Source: Azolla caroliniana (taxonomy: Eukaryota; Plantae; Polypodiophyta). From it: a stretch of 64,000 nt of DNA. A program made the position numbers and the translations under genes. A model generated the notes under the pieces. The model was given only the letters and a program-made list of their open reading frames with translations. It had not been told where the DNA came from and made no database searches. This document shows, piece after piece, positions 13,551 to 24,756 of the stretch. The DNA is taken from positions 25,606,001 to 25,670,000 of the forward strand of contig JBHGNT010000001.1 of NCBI GenBank assembly GCA_043228905.1, in the 5' to 3' direction. The first letter of the stretch is position 1. The number at the start of each line of letters is the position of its first letter.

Positions 13551-16336
13551 ATGGACCCACAAATGTTGTCGGAAGCCACCAAGAAATGGCTAAAGCAACA
13601 TCGGCTCGAGGGCTTCTTGACGATTATGGAGGCACTGCCACACAAAGAAGCCGAAAAGGTGATCAAAGAAATCGACACAGAGGTCATAACGGATGAGGCG
13701 ATCCGTGCGTTAACAGGCCTTCCGGAGGGAGGCATATTCACGATTGACAATCCGACCTCGGAGCAACTCATCAAGTATTTTGGTGAGTACTCCCTAGCCA
13801 GCAAGGGCTACCGGACACAGGGCGGCGAAGATATGTTGTTCCGCGAGATTGCCCGTGTGCTCCACGAATACGGCCATGTGTACCCTAGACCCCCTGTCAT
13901 GCCGCAGAACCGGGCAGGGATGATCATCGCCACCTATGAAGGGAACAAGGTGGATTGGCTGGTATTGATCGCAGACGGTTTGTGAGCGGCGATCGAGATC
14001 GTCAGAGGAAAAGACGGCAAAGAAGGCCGAGACGGACGGAGGATATGGCACCCAGTAACGCAGTGGCTCACCTTGCTTGTGCCACTCATCGAGCCCGTCC
14101 AGCCCAAGAAGCGGGGAAGAGTGGCAGACGGCACCCCAAAGACTGCTTCCAAAAGACAACAGTTGTTGGCCTCTAAGGCCCTAAGGGGAAGGCGGCGGAC
14201 GCAGAACAGGCGGGAAAGGAGAGCGCTAGTCAGAAGCGGCCAATGGATGCGCAGGAGGAACCACCGGTACGGCTCGTAAAGATTACACTCCGCCGACCGA
14301 TGAATAGAGAAGCGGACCCCTTGGCGGCGAAACTCAATGCCGGGACTCAGGAGGAGGAAATAGAGGAGGAGTCTATGGAGCACCTCCAACGACGATCGTT
14401 GGCAAGGACCGTTGAGGCAGCCGGGAAATGTTCGGACCCTCAGACGGAGGGAACACCGGCTCCCCATACTGAGACTCCCACGCCAAGGGAGGAACCGAAA
14501 CCGGTGCGCATGGCACTAGAATCAGAAGCCCCTGCACCATCGGCAGCATCGGCAAGTCAAATTCCGCCAGAGCCGAAAAGGTCAATGCAACCTCCCTCGG
14601 CCAACCAAGAAGAAGTGCAAAGGGAACCAGGACAGCAGGGTGGTCCACGGGCAAAAACGGAATTGCAACTCGGCGAAATCAGGCAGGACCACCCACCTAC
14701 AAGCGAGCCCATCCGTCAAACCTCCGTGCAAGCGCAACAACAATGCACCGGTAGCCTATGGCTCCAGTGGATAGGCGAACAGATTGCCGGAGTGGGGTAT
14801 ATTGAGGCGGAAGAAAGAGCGCAAAGCGAACGGTTGCTCGTCACAACCGAACAACTAGAGACGGCCCGGTCCAGAATCCGGTGCCTTGAAAAAGACTTGG
14901 ATCAGGTCATGGCAGAAATAGCCAAAATGGCCTTAACGACAACACAGATCCAATCACCGGTGACTCCGGTAAGTGTACAGAATAAAGAAATAGACCAACC
15001 TGTACATACTAATAAGACCCCGGCAATGGAAACCGTTCCAGAGAGAGATGCGGCGCAAGCCCAGGAGCTTGCGGAATTGAGAGATGAACTTGCCACACAA
15101 GAAGTGCTAAGGAGCCGTGAACAGGAATTGAAGACAATGGCCGACGCCGAATTAAAGAAGATGGCTGAGAACCTCCGCCGGGCAGAGGAGAGCCTCCGGA
15201 AAGGCCATCAAGCTTACGACCGGCTAAGGGAGGAAAAAGACAAAGTGCTGCAGGAAAAGGACAAGCTGCGGAAGACAACGGAAACAGAAATTGAACGGCT
15301 AAAGGAGGAGCTCTGCCAGCAGAAGGACCGCGAGGGCCGGGCCCGTTGACAGATCAACGTATGGCTCAAGCAAAAGACATATGATTTTGAGCACCTGCAT
15401 CGGGACTACAAACGGCTGGAAACATAGCATAAGGAACGGATGGCCGAGCTCCGGCAGGAAGTTGATCAGGCTGCGACGGCGCTCGCCGACGATCGAGCGA
15501 AAAATACAAGACGGTTGGACGAGGCGGAGAAGGTCCGGATGGAGCTCCAGAGTCAACAGCAGGAAGAAAGGGAGAGAGCGACAATGGTACTGAAAAAAAT
15601 TACAAAGCACATATCAAAGCCAATTGATGCATTATAAGGAGCAGGCGGAAGACAATGTCAAAATCATCAAGCAATTGAAGGAGGAACGGCAAGCTGCGGA
15701 GATCAAATCACAGATGGGAAAAGGCCGGATTCAGTCATCCTCCGGGCATGGCTGAATCAGACAAAACGCTTGATTGACGAAAGCTCCGTAAGATGGTGGA
15801 CAAAGTGGGCACAAAATACGGCGGAACTCCAATTGCTACGGGCAGACGTGGAAAACCGACGGAAGGAAGGAGATGATTGTTACACGTTGACTTCCGAGGA
15901 TTTCACCGCCATACGGGACGAGCTGGCTGAAGACTTCCAAGTCCTGGCGGATGAACAATTGGTTCAGGTCTGGCAACTCTTAGCTCAGCTAGACGATGAT
16001 AGGCTGGACGCGCAAATCCAGTTTGAAAGCTACGAGCGGTCTCGGGTTCGGGAAGAAAAAGCATGGGAAGCGGGAACGGTTAACCTTAGTGATGAGGAAC
16101 CGTCGCCGGCCGAGGGCCAGGCTGGAACCAGTCAACCGGAGACCACTATGACGGAGGGAGCAACGATGGAAACGCCGGTGTCAGAGCAACAAACGGAGGA
16201 GCAGCCGCAGCAGCCATCAACGGAGCAGCAACAACAGCAACAACAACCACAACAACAACAACAACAACAACCAATTCCAGATGAACCATTGGAGACTCTC
16301 GAACAAAGCATTCTGGATATTTTGGACGAAGAATAG
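13551..16336 (+). pseudogene. Extra ORF 3' of pol (~930 codons): globular N-terminus, low-complexity linker, long coiled coil, polyQ/acidic tail
   Basis: ORF pieces 13245-13985 and 14073-14279 share a frame. After a frameshift near 14190, pieces 14243-15349, 15440-15637 and 15770-16336 share a second frame. The start codon is uncertain. Confidence 0.75.
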
Positions 16337-16391
16337 CAAGGGTCGGATGGTGGATTCGACGTACAAGGTACTGTCCCACGGGCGTGCCATG

Positions 16392-16820
16392 TGTTACTGG
16401 CCGACAAAGTAGTCCAGAGTGTGAAACGGAAGAGTTATTTAATTATTAAGGAATGGTTGTAAGTAAGCTATTAGTGTGGACGGACGGACCGGAATCGGTA
16501 TGCCATTCCGGATCCGGACCGATCCCGAACACGTGCGGATGGCACCGTTTTGTACTACAAACCGGAAACCTATTTAAAGGCCCGGATACAATGTAATGAG
16601 CAGCGGATAATTAATGAAGCTTAGTGTTTTTATCTCTCTGTGTTAATTGGCGTTCTGCATTCATTGTTATATCTTACGCGTGTGATTATTAAGGACGATC
16701 TTGCTAAGTAACCTATCAGATTAATCGTTGAGCCTAATCCTCTTGCCGTAACACCCCTTTGGTGAAGTGTCTTCCGTAGACACCCTGTGTTAGGACATTG
16801 TCCGGCCCTAAGAGTTAACA
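16392..16820 (+). repeat. 3' LTR of Athila-like element
   Basis: Direct repeat of 6898-7326. Confidence 0.95.
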
Positions 16821-17320
16821 AATGTCATGATATGGCAAGACTCGAACCCATGACCTTATGCTACAGGGGTCGAGCTCTTGACCATTAGACTATACATTGT
16901 AATATATAGAATATTTATTTATGTTTTATTATAGAAAATTGATGTATATTCCAGATTTCTCTGGAACATTCTAGAAACTTCAGGAATATTCCGTAGAACA
17001 CTATAAAAGGAGGCACAAGGCATTATTTCGAACCAAATCGGTTCAACGCCAGTCTTAAGCCTCCTAGCTACTGTACATTTTCTTCACATAATATATATCT
17101 TTTCTTACCATCACTCTCGATCACTCTCGATCTCTCTCTCCCTCCCTCTCACTCACTCTTTCCTTCTCTCGAGAGTTCTTCACCTCTCTGAGTACTAATA
17201 CTTCTTTTAGTACTAAGTCCTTCTCTGTCTTAGTACTGTTCCTGACAGTTTGAACCGATTTTTCTACCTTCTGTCTCTCTCATTTCCTACTAATCTCTTA
17301 TTCCTCTTTTCTTTCATCCC

Positions 17321-18471
17321 ATGGCCACTGTTAGCGCTGAAGAACATCAATCTGTTTTCTCGGAATTTCAATGCTTGAAAGAGAAGTTCCATGCTTTGGA
17401 ACAAGAAAACCAACGGTTGCTGGGGGATCTTCAGTAAATCTCCTTAGAAAAGCAGCAAACGCAACAACAACATGGGGAACTTGCGTTACACGTGCAACAA
17501 CTCGAAGCAACCATCGTAGCGATGCAACAACAAGGGCCCGGAACACAAGGGATTAATAAAGAACCCAAGATTGGCCTTCCCACGAAGTTCGATGGAATGC
17601 GATCGTAGTTTAGAGGGTTCCTTAACCTGGTACGATTAGTTATTCAAATGCATCCTTCCCGGTATCCCACAGATGCATCACAGGTGGGTTTAGTAGGCAC
17701 TTTGTTAAGTGGCTCAGCGTTGGCATGGTTCGCTCCACTATTAGAAAAGGAATCTCCGTTACTCAACAATTTTGAAGAGTTTCTAGGTGAGTTTAAAGCA
17801 TGTTTCGGAGATACTGACAGCATCAAGACTGCAATCAACCAAATTCGGCGATTACGCCAAGGTGATCGTCCAGCCTCCGCATACGCTGCAGATTTTTACC
17901 TACTCGCCGCCGATATTCCTTGGGATGATCAAGCGTTGATGGAGCAATTCCGTTATGGTTTACGCAACGACGTCAAGGATTTACTCTTGACCTTCCCCGA
18001 AGAGCCAAAGTCCTTAACAGAAGCAATCAGTCGCGTGGTGAGATGTGACAATCGCCTCTTTGAGCGACGTTCGGAACGACAACTACAGATGCCGAGGGCG
18101 AGATCAGAGCCCACCTACGCCTCAGTGGTAGCAAGACCTTTTCCGAGGGAGTCATATAATGCGCCTCCAACGAATACTCCGACTCCGATGGAGATTGACA
18201 CTACACGTCGTCGAGGGCCATTATCCGAAGAAGAAAAGCAGCGACGTCGTACAAATCGACTATGTCTTTACTGCGGTGGACCAGGACATATTGCAATAAA
18301 TTGCCCACATAGGCGAAGAAGACAGGTAAACCAAATAGTCGTTAGTTCTAATTGTACTAAACCCGAGCCTATTTCAGTAGGGATATCTAAAGTCCTAATA
18401 GTACTAATAGCCCAGATCTAGCGAATAGATTTGATGTCCTTAGTCAGTTAGAAGAAGAGTTAAACGACTAA
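17321..18471 (+). pseudogene. gag of chromovirus (capsid-like, CLYCGGPGHIAINC knuckle), disrupted
   Basis: ORF 17648-18421 has PTPMEID and a CCHC knuckle. The upstream part is broken by stops. Confidence 0.85.
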
Positions 18472-21400
18472 GTCCAGCCAAAATAGGAGCCGTTTGGTTG
18501 GACAGCCCTAAATCTGTGCAACCCATTAGTGGTTCCATTCCCTCTAAGCAAGTTAGTGATGTGTTCGTAGCCCAAGTAATAGTTAGTACTAAAAGTACCC
18601 CTCTAGTACATGTCATAGCACTCCTAGATTCCGGAGCTAACTCTTGCTTTATGGATAAGAAATTTGCTCAAGCTCATAAGATATCCCTAAGAAAACTCCA
18701 GTGTCCAGCCTCTGTAGTAGTTATTGATGGACGTCCCATTGCCTCCAGAAATATCATAGAAGAGTCAGAGCCCATTAATATTGTCCTAGATAACTTAGCA
18801 TGTGTAGTATCATTTAATATTATTAGTATCCCAGAACATCCCATAGTTTTAGGATTACCGTGGTTCGAGTTACATAACCCAGACATAGATTGGAGAACAA
18901 GAGAAATCCGGTGTTAACAAACCCAAGGGTCAACTCAGAAGATGGCAACCATTTCGCTACGTCAGTTGCGTAAAGAAGGGCACAAGGAGGAAATGTTCCT
19001 CTTTGCAATATCAGTAAACCCCTCCAGCACCACTAAAGAAGAATCCACCATTCAACTTCCCGAGAAGTATCGTCATTACGCCGATGTGTTCGATAAAGTA
19101 CAAGCCAACACACTTCCTCATCATCGACCGTACAATTGCCCCATCGATTTACAACCGGGAAAAGAGCCGCCATGGGGACCGATCTACAATTTGTCACCAA
19201 CCGAGCTGGAAGTCCTTCGGGCCTATATAGAGGAGAATTTGGAAAATGGTTTCATTCGGCATTCGAAATCTCCAGCGGGCGCGCCCATTTTCTTCGTCAA
19301 GAAAAAGGATGGATCTCTTCGTCTCATTGTAGATTACCGTGGCCTGAATAAGGTTACAATCAGGAATAGGTATGCTCTTCCCCTTATCTCAAGTCTTTTA
19401 GAACGGATCAATGGTGTCAGGTTCTTCACGAAGATCGACTTACGGGGAGCATATAACCTCGTACGGATCCGACCAGGAGACGAATGGAAGACTGCGTTTC
19501 ACACTAGATATGGGCATTTCGAGTATACGGTCATGCCGTTCGGCCTCACTAATGCACCGACAGTCTTCCAGCACATGGCTAATGATATATTCCGCGATCT
19601 TTTGGATGATTGTTTGATCATCTATTTGGATGATCTACTGGTTTATTCAAAGACCCAAGAAGAACATGATTCTCATGTACTATTAGTACTAAAATGACTT
19701 CGAGAACATGGTCTATATGCAAAGCTGGAAAAATGTAGTTTCAAGTGCAACCAAGTGGAATTTCTCGGCTACATCATTTCATCAGAAGGCATCTCCATGG
19801 ACCCAGCTAAGGTCAAAATGGTGGTAGAATGGCAGACTCTGCGTTCGGTGCGAGATGTGCAATGCTTCCTAGGCTTTGCCAATTTTTACTGGAAGTTCAT
19901 ACAAGATTACTCAAAGATCGTTCTACCTCTCACACAACTTACCAAGAAGGGACAACCGTTCATCTGGTCTGAAGAAACGGATGTGGCTTTCGAGAGTCTT
20001 AAAAAGGCATTTACATCGGCTCCAATTCTAGCTCATGTCGATCCGGAAAAACCATTTATTATCGAAGCTGACGCATCGGATTTTGCATTGGGGAGCATTC
20101 TATCACAACAGGGGAATGATGAGAAGCTACATCCTGTGGCTTTTCACTCACGCAAGTTCCACGCCGCCGAAATCAACTACGAAATTCATGATAAGGAGCT
20201 ATTGGGGAGCATTCTATCACAACAGGGGAATGATGAGAAGCTACATCCTGTGGCTTTTCACTCACGCAAGTTCGACGCCGCCGAAATCAACTACGAAATT
20301 CATGATAAGGAGCTATTGGCAATAGTGGATTCTTTTATGCAATGGAGGCATTTTCTGGAGGGATCCTCTCATCCGGTCACCGTATTTAGTGACCACAAGA
20401 ACCTTGCCTACTTTCAGGATGCTCGTGTGTTGAATCGACGTCAAGATCGGTGGGCCCACTTCCTCACGCATTTCGACTTCAAAATTACATATCATCCGGG
20501 GAAGCACCAAGGGAAGGCAGATGCATTATCACGGTGTTCGTATCTAGCACCCCGTCCTGGCGAGCCAACTTTCGATAACCAAAAACAAGTCATCTTGGGA
20601 CCGGCACGACTACAAGCAACACAGATCTTTGACATGCCCATGGAGTTCCGCGTTATCAATACCATACGTGAAGACTTGAAGACAAATGCGTTTGCCCAAG
20701 CTATACTAGCACAAATTGATCCCTCTTGAGCATCGTGTTCACAGTCGCAACCACCAGGTACGGACTATCGACAATTCAAATACCATGATAGATTACTCTT
20801 CTTTAAAGAACTTTTGTATGTTCCTAATGGTTCTTGCCGCCTTCAAGTAGTACAAAACTGTCATGACACATATACAGCTGGGCATTTTGGTAGTACTAAA
20901 ACACTACATTTAGTACAACGATCATTCTGGTGGCCCTGTATGCGACAATTTGTTGAGGATTTTGTTCGGACTTGTGATACATGCTGCAGAGCGAAAATGC
21001 CAAGGCATCATCCATATGGTTTATTAGAACCATTACCAATTCCAAGCAAGCTGTGTCAGTCCATTGCTCTAGACTTCATCACAGATCTTCCAGTCTCTAA
21101 AGGGTTCAATGCGATTCTAACAGTGGTAGATCGATATACGAAGATGGCTCATTTCTTGCCATGTACTAAGGAGATCTCCAGTGAAGACACTGCCGAAATT
21201 GTCATGTGTGAAGTATGTCGGCATCATGGACTTCTCAATAGTATCATCAGCGACCGTGGACCCCAGTTCGTGTCAAAATTCTGGAAGCACCTTTTTAACA
21301 TGCTCAAGGTCACTTGTAACCTCTCCTCTGGCTACCACCCACAAACCGACGGCCAAGCCGAACGAACCAATCAAACGCTGGAGCAGTATCTACAATGCTT

Positions 21401-22172
21401 TCTCAGCTATCATTAGGATGACTGGGCAAATATTCTCCACTTCGCCGAATTTGCCTATAACAACTCTATCCACGCATCCACTAAAGTTACGCCATTTTAT
21501 GCTTATACGGGATGTCACCCCCGGTGGTGTGTACTTGAAACCCCAGAGGTGTCCACAAATCCTTGCGTAGAGGATCGTTTGGAGAGGTTATCTACTCATC
21601 TCCAACAAGGTCAAGAAACACACAAGGTTTATGCGGATCGTCATCGACTCCCATCTAGTTTTAACATTGGAGATCGGGTATGGCTACTCCGACGACACAT
21701 CAAGACTACTCGCCCATGTGAGAAGTTGGATTATCGGCGATTAGGTCCCTTCTGTATTATAGGAAAGATTAATGATGTTGCTTTTCATCTTGATCTACCT
21801 CCACAACTTCGGATACATCCGATGTTTCATAGTTCTCTCCTTGAACCCTATCAAGAGAGCACCATCCCAGGACGTATTACACAGCCTCCACCCCCGATCA
21901 AGCTTGAAGATGGACCTGAGTACGAGGTTGCTGCCATCCTTGATTCCAAGCTTGTTCACAACAAGCTCTACTTTCTAGTCGATTGGCTAGGATATAGTCC
22001 CAGCGAGCGTACTTGGGAACCGATAGAGAATGTCACCAATGCTCGTGCTCTTCTTGAAGACTTCCATCGTCAATATCCAGACAAACCGGGTCCTCAATCC
22101 AAAACGACTCGTTACACTCGTCGTTTTAAAGGGGGGGATAGTGTCATGATATGGCAAGACTCCAACCCATGA
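18459..22172 (+). pseudogene. pol of chromovirus: protease, RT, RNase H, integrase, chromodomain, with in-frame stops
   Basis: LLDSGA, KIDLRGAY, YLDD, EADAS, IALDFITDLP, SDRG, LGPF and YEVAAILDS..YFLVDWLGY..TWEP. All pieces are in one frame. Confidence 0.93.
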
Positions 22173-22579
22173 CCTTATGCTACATGGGTCGAGCTCTTAA
22201 CCATTAGACTATACATTGTAATACGTAGAATATTATTTTCATTTATGTTTTATTATAGAAAATTGATGTATATTCCAGATTTCTCTGGAACATTCTAGAA
22301 ACTTTAGGAGTATTCCGTAGAACACTATAAAAGGAGGCACAAGGCATTATTTCGAACCAAATCGGTTCAACGCCAGTCTTAAGCCTCCTAGCTACTGTAC
22401 ATTTTCTTCACATAATATATATCTTTTCTTATCATCATTCTCTCTCTCTCTCGATCTCTCTCTCCCTCCCTCTCACTCACTCATTCCTTCTCTCGAGAGT
22501 TCTTCACCTCTCTTAGTAATAATACTTCTTTTAGTACTAAGTCCTTCTCTGTCTTAGTACTGTTCCTGACAACAAATCC

Positions 22580-22794
22580 CGTGAAGCGGTATGGGTATAA
22601 TGAACACATGGCACATCACTATGCGTACATGATGAAAGTGGTAGAAGTGTGTGAGCCAGAGACCTACGCAGATGCGGCAAAAGATGCAAAGTGGCGTGCC
22701 GCGATGGAGGAAGAAATGCAGGCACTCGATACCAATGACACCTGGGACTTGGTTGACCCTCCCCAACATTGTAAACCGATCGGCTGCAAGTGGG
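22580..22794 (+). pseudogene. Ty1/Copia remnant 2, right part (linker and RT start)
   Basis: EPETYADA..WRAAMEEEM..DTWDLV..PIGCKWV. Continuous with 6897 once the insertions are removed. Confidence 0.85.
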
Positions 22795-23193
22795 TGTTAA
22801 GCGGATAAGCTCAACTGGATTCAGATAGGCTAAATAAACCAGAGTCGGATCGATATCTAGAACGGAGAATCGGATCGGTGTCCGGATGGTATCCGAAACC
22901 AAGAGCCGGATCGGATTGGAACCAATAGGCCGTTGGAGGCCTACGAATCTAGCCTAGTACGTAGGCATATTTTTGGGAGTCAATGTCAGTCGCTCGTATG
23001 AGCATTGATGTACATGTCAATACTTCTGTCAGTCTGTGTAAAGACTTGTATAAAAGTGCTCTCTGAGCACATTCTATGTACAAAGTGTTACTATTTTGAA
23101 TTGAGTTTCATGTTGTTTTTCTCTCTGTGTCTCTGTGATTCAAGCTTCCATTAAACCTTGTCTCTTTTTTTTGTTATTATCCGGATAAACCGG
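22795..23193 (+). repeat. LTR (5' part) of another family inserted into the Copia RT, itself interrupted
   Basis: Starts TGTTAAG exactly where the RT frame breaks. TATAAAA near 23049. Similar to 48828-49295 (inverted) and 2735-2867. Confidence 0.65.
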
Positions 23194-24756
23194 TGTCGTG
23201 AGAATTCTGGGCCATGGTGAGAAACCGGGAAATATCGGAAGAATCGGTGGAGTGCATCATGTGCACTTACCCTTGTAAAAATGTGTGAATAATAGGGGTA
23301 CCTTTATGGCACTGAGTAGGAGTCAAGTTGGGACAAAGAATTCCATGTAAATCGGGATTTATCCCACATTGTAACGCATCCTTCTCCTTGTTTTATAAAA
23401 GGAAGGGAGGGTCCCTTGTAGAGGGATTTCCCATTTTGAGTTAGGAGAATATACCGTTAGATTTAAGGTAGTTCTTGGTCTTTATCTTATTCCCTTAGGG
23501 TTTGTACTTTGGTCTTTTTCCCTATTTCATTTTAGGGTTTCATCTTAGTAGCCTTCTTCTTCTTCTTACTTTCTTGTTTCGGTTAGGGTTCTTCGTTTTC
23601 TTCGTCTCCTTTGTGTCTGTTTAAAGTTTAGTCCGGTGAAGAGCTTGTATGTTCAGTGGGGTTTTCTTTTGCTCGATCTCCTGTGCAAGACCTCGCTCGG
23701 CGCAGCGAGCCCGAGAGCTCCCTAATCGGCGGTTTGGCAGCAAACGACTATTGTAACCTAACCTACCTTGTTCCGGCTCAAAGCCGGAGTTGTATCTTGC
23801 TCTTGTAATTATATATATAAAAGGTTGTGCGTATTTGTGTTTTTGTTGGTGTCAGGTGCGTCTCTTTCCCTTTGTTTCCTGTACATAAGACGCGTGTGTT
23901 GAGTCAGTGTTGCGCGCATGGTCTCTCTCTCTCTCGTGTTCGGTAGCCGTCGGTACGCGTTCGGAATCGAACCGGTTTGCGCCACAACTGGTGCAGCTGG
24001 GACTGGAGAGAGTCGGCTTCTCGACATCCATCTCTTCCTCAACCGAGACCCTCGTGGTCCCAACCCTCGTGGTCACGTACCCACGGAAAACCGCGACATA
24101 TTTGGTGAACCTGACGTGAAAGGGCGGCAAGGGAGAATGGAGTCGGAAGGCGATGACTTCGCGGAGATGGTGGTCGAAGTGATGTTGGAGTTCAAATGAG
24201 TGGTGGTAAGACGGGAAGCGGCGTAGCAAGCTATTGAGCGAGTGGTCAAAAGAGTCGGAAGTTTCAACGGGGACAAAGTCCCATTCTACTTGGAAGCCTA
24301 CAATGCAGAAATGGAGGAGTGACACGTGGACGAGGCGTTGAGACTAGAGTTCTTATGTCGGGTCATCGTCGTCTGTACGCACGCGGAAGTATAGGAGCTC
24401 CGAGAAGCTCATAGTTCATGGGAGGCCTTCAAAGAGGCGCTCCTGCAGGCATATGGAGGACGACAGAAGAGCCGGGGACGACGCGACTTTGACCAGTGGG
24501 TTGCATCAGGGAAGACCCACCGGGGTGCAACGAAGGCGATCCGAGAGTTCGAGCGGAGGCTTGTTCGGCTCCCGGAGTGGGAAAAAAGTTTGGTGGGGGT
24601 GGAAAAGTTAGGTCGGTAGACCGAGCAGAACAGGAGGCCATCAGGATTGAGCTCGAATACGAGGACGGAGCAAATGGCCTTACTGAGGACTGGTCGGAAG
24701 TCGAACGAGTATGCCAACGGATGGAAGAGGAGCGGTTCGCGAAAGGCAAAAGGAAG
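23194..24756 (+). mobile_element. Family W-related gag-only type element, truncated (LTR 23194-24098, Trp PBS 24103-24120, decayed gag)
   Basis: TGTCGTG..GCGACA LTR. The gag is homologous to 27075-28133 but contains stops. Confidence 0.85.

Larger units (their letters stand above)
6898..16820 (+). mobile_element. Full-length but decayed non-chromovirus Ty3/Gypsy (Athila/OTA-like) with an extra 3' ORF
   Basis: 429-bp LTRs at 6898-7326 and 16392-16820 (TGTTA..TAACA; about 13 differences by eye). 5-bp TSD AATCC at 6893-6897; the right copy is split by the next insertion and reads at 22575-22579. Confidence 0.93.
16823..22571 (+). mobile_element. Full-length decayed chromovirus (Tcn1/Tf1-like Ty3/Gypsy)
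   Basis: LTRs at 16823-17247 and 22142-22571 (TGTCA..TGACA). TSD ACAAA at 16818-16822 and 22572-22576. PPT AAAGGGGGGGATAG at 22128-22141. C-terminal chromodomain. Confidence 0.95.

Noticed and set aside
15770-16336. PolyQ protein as a host gene
   Set aside because: It lies between paired LTRs and in frame with upstream pieces of the element's extra ORF.
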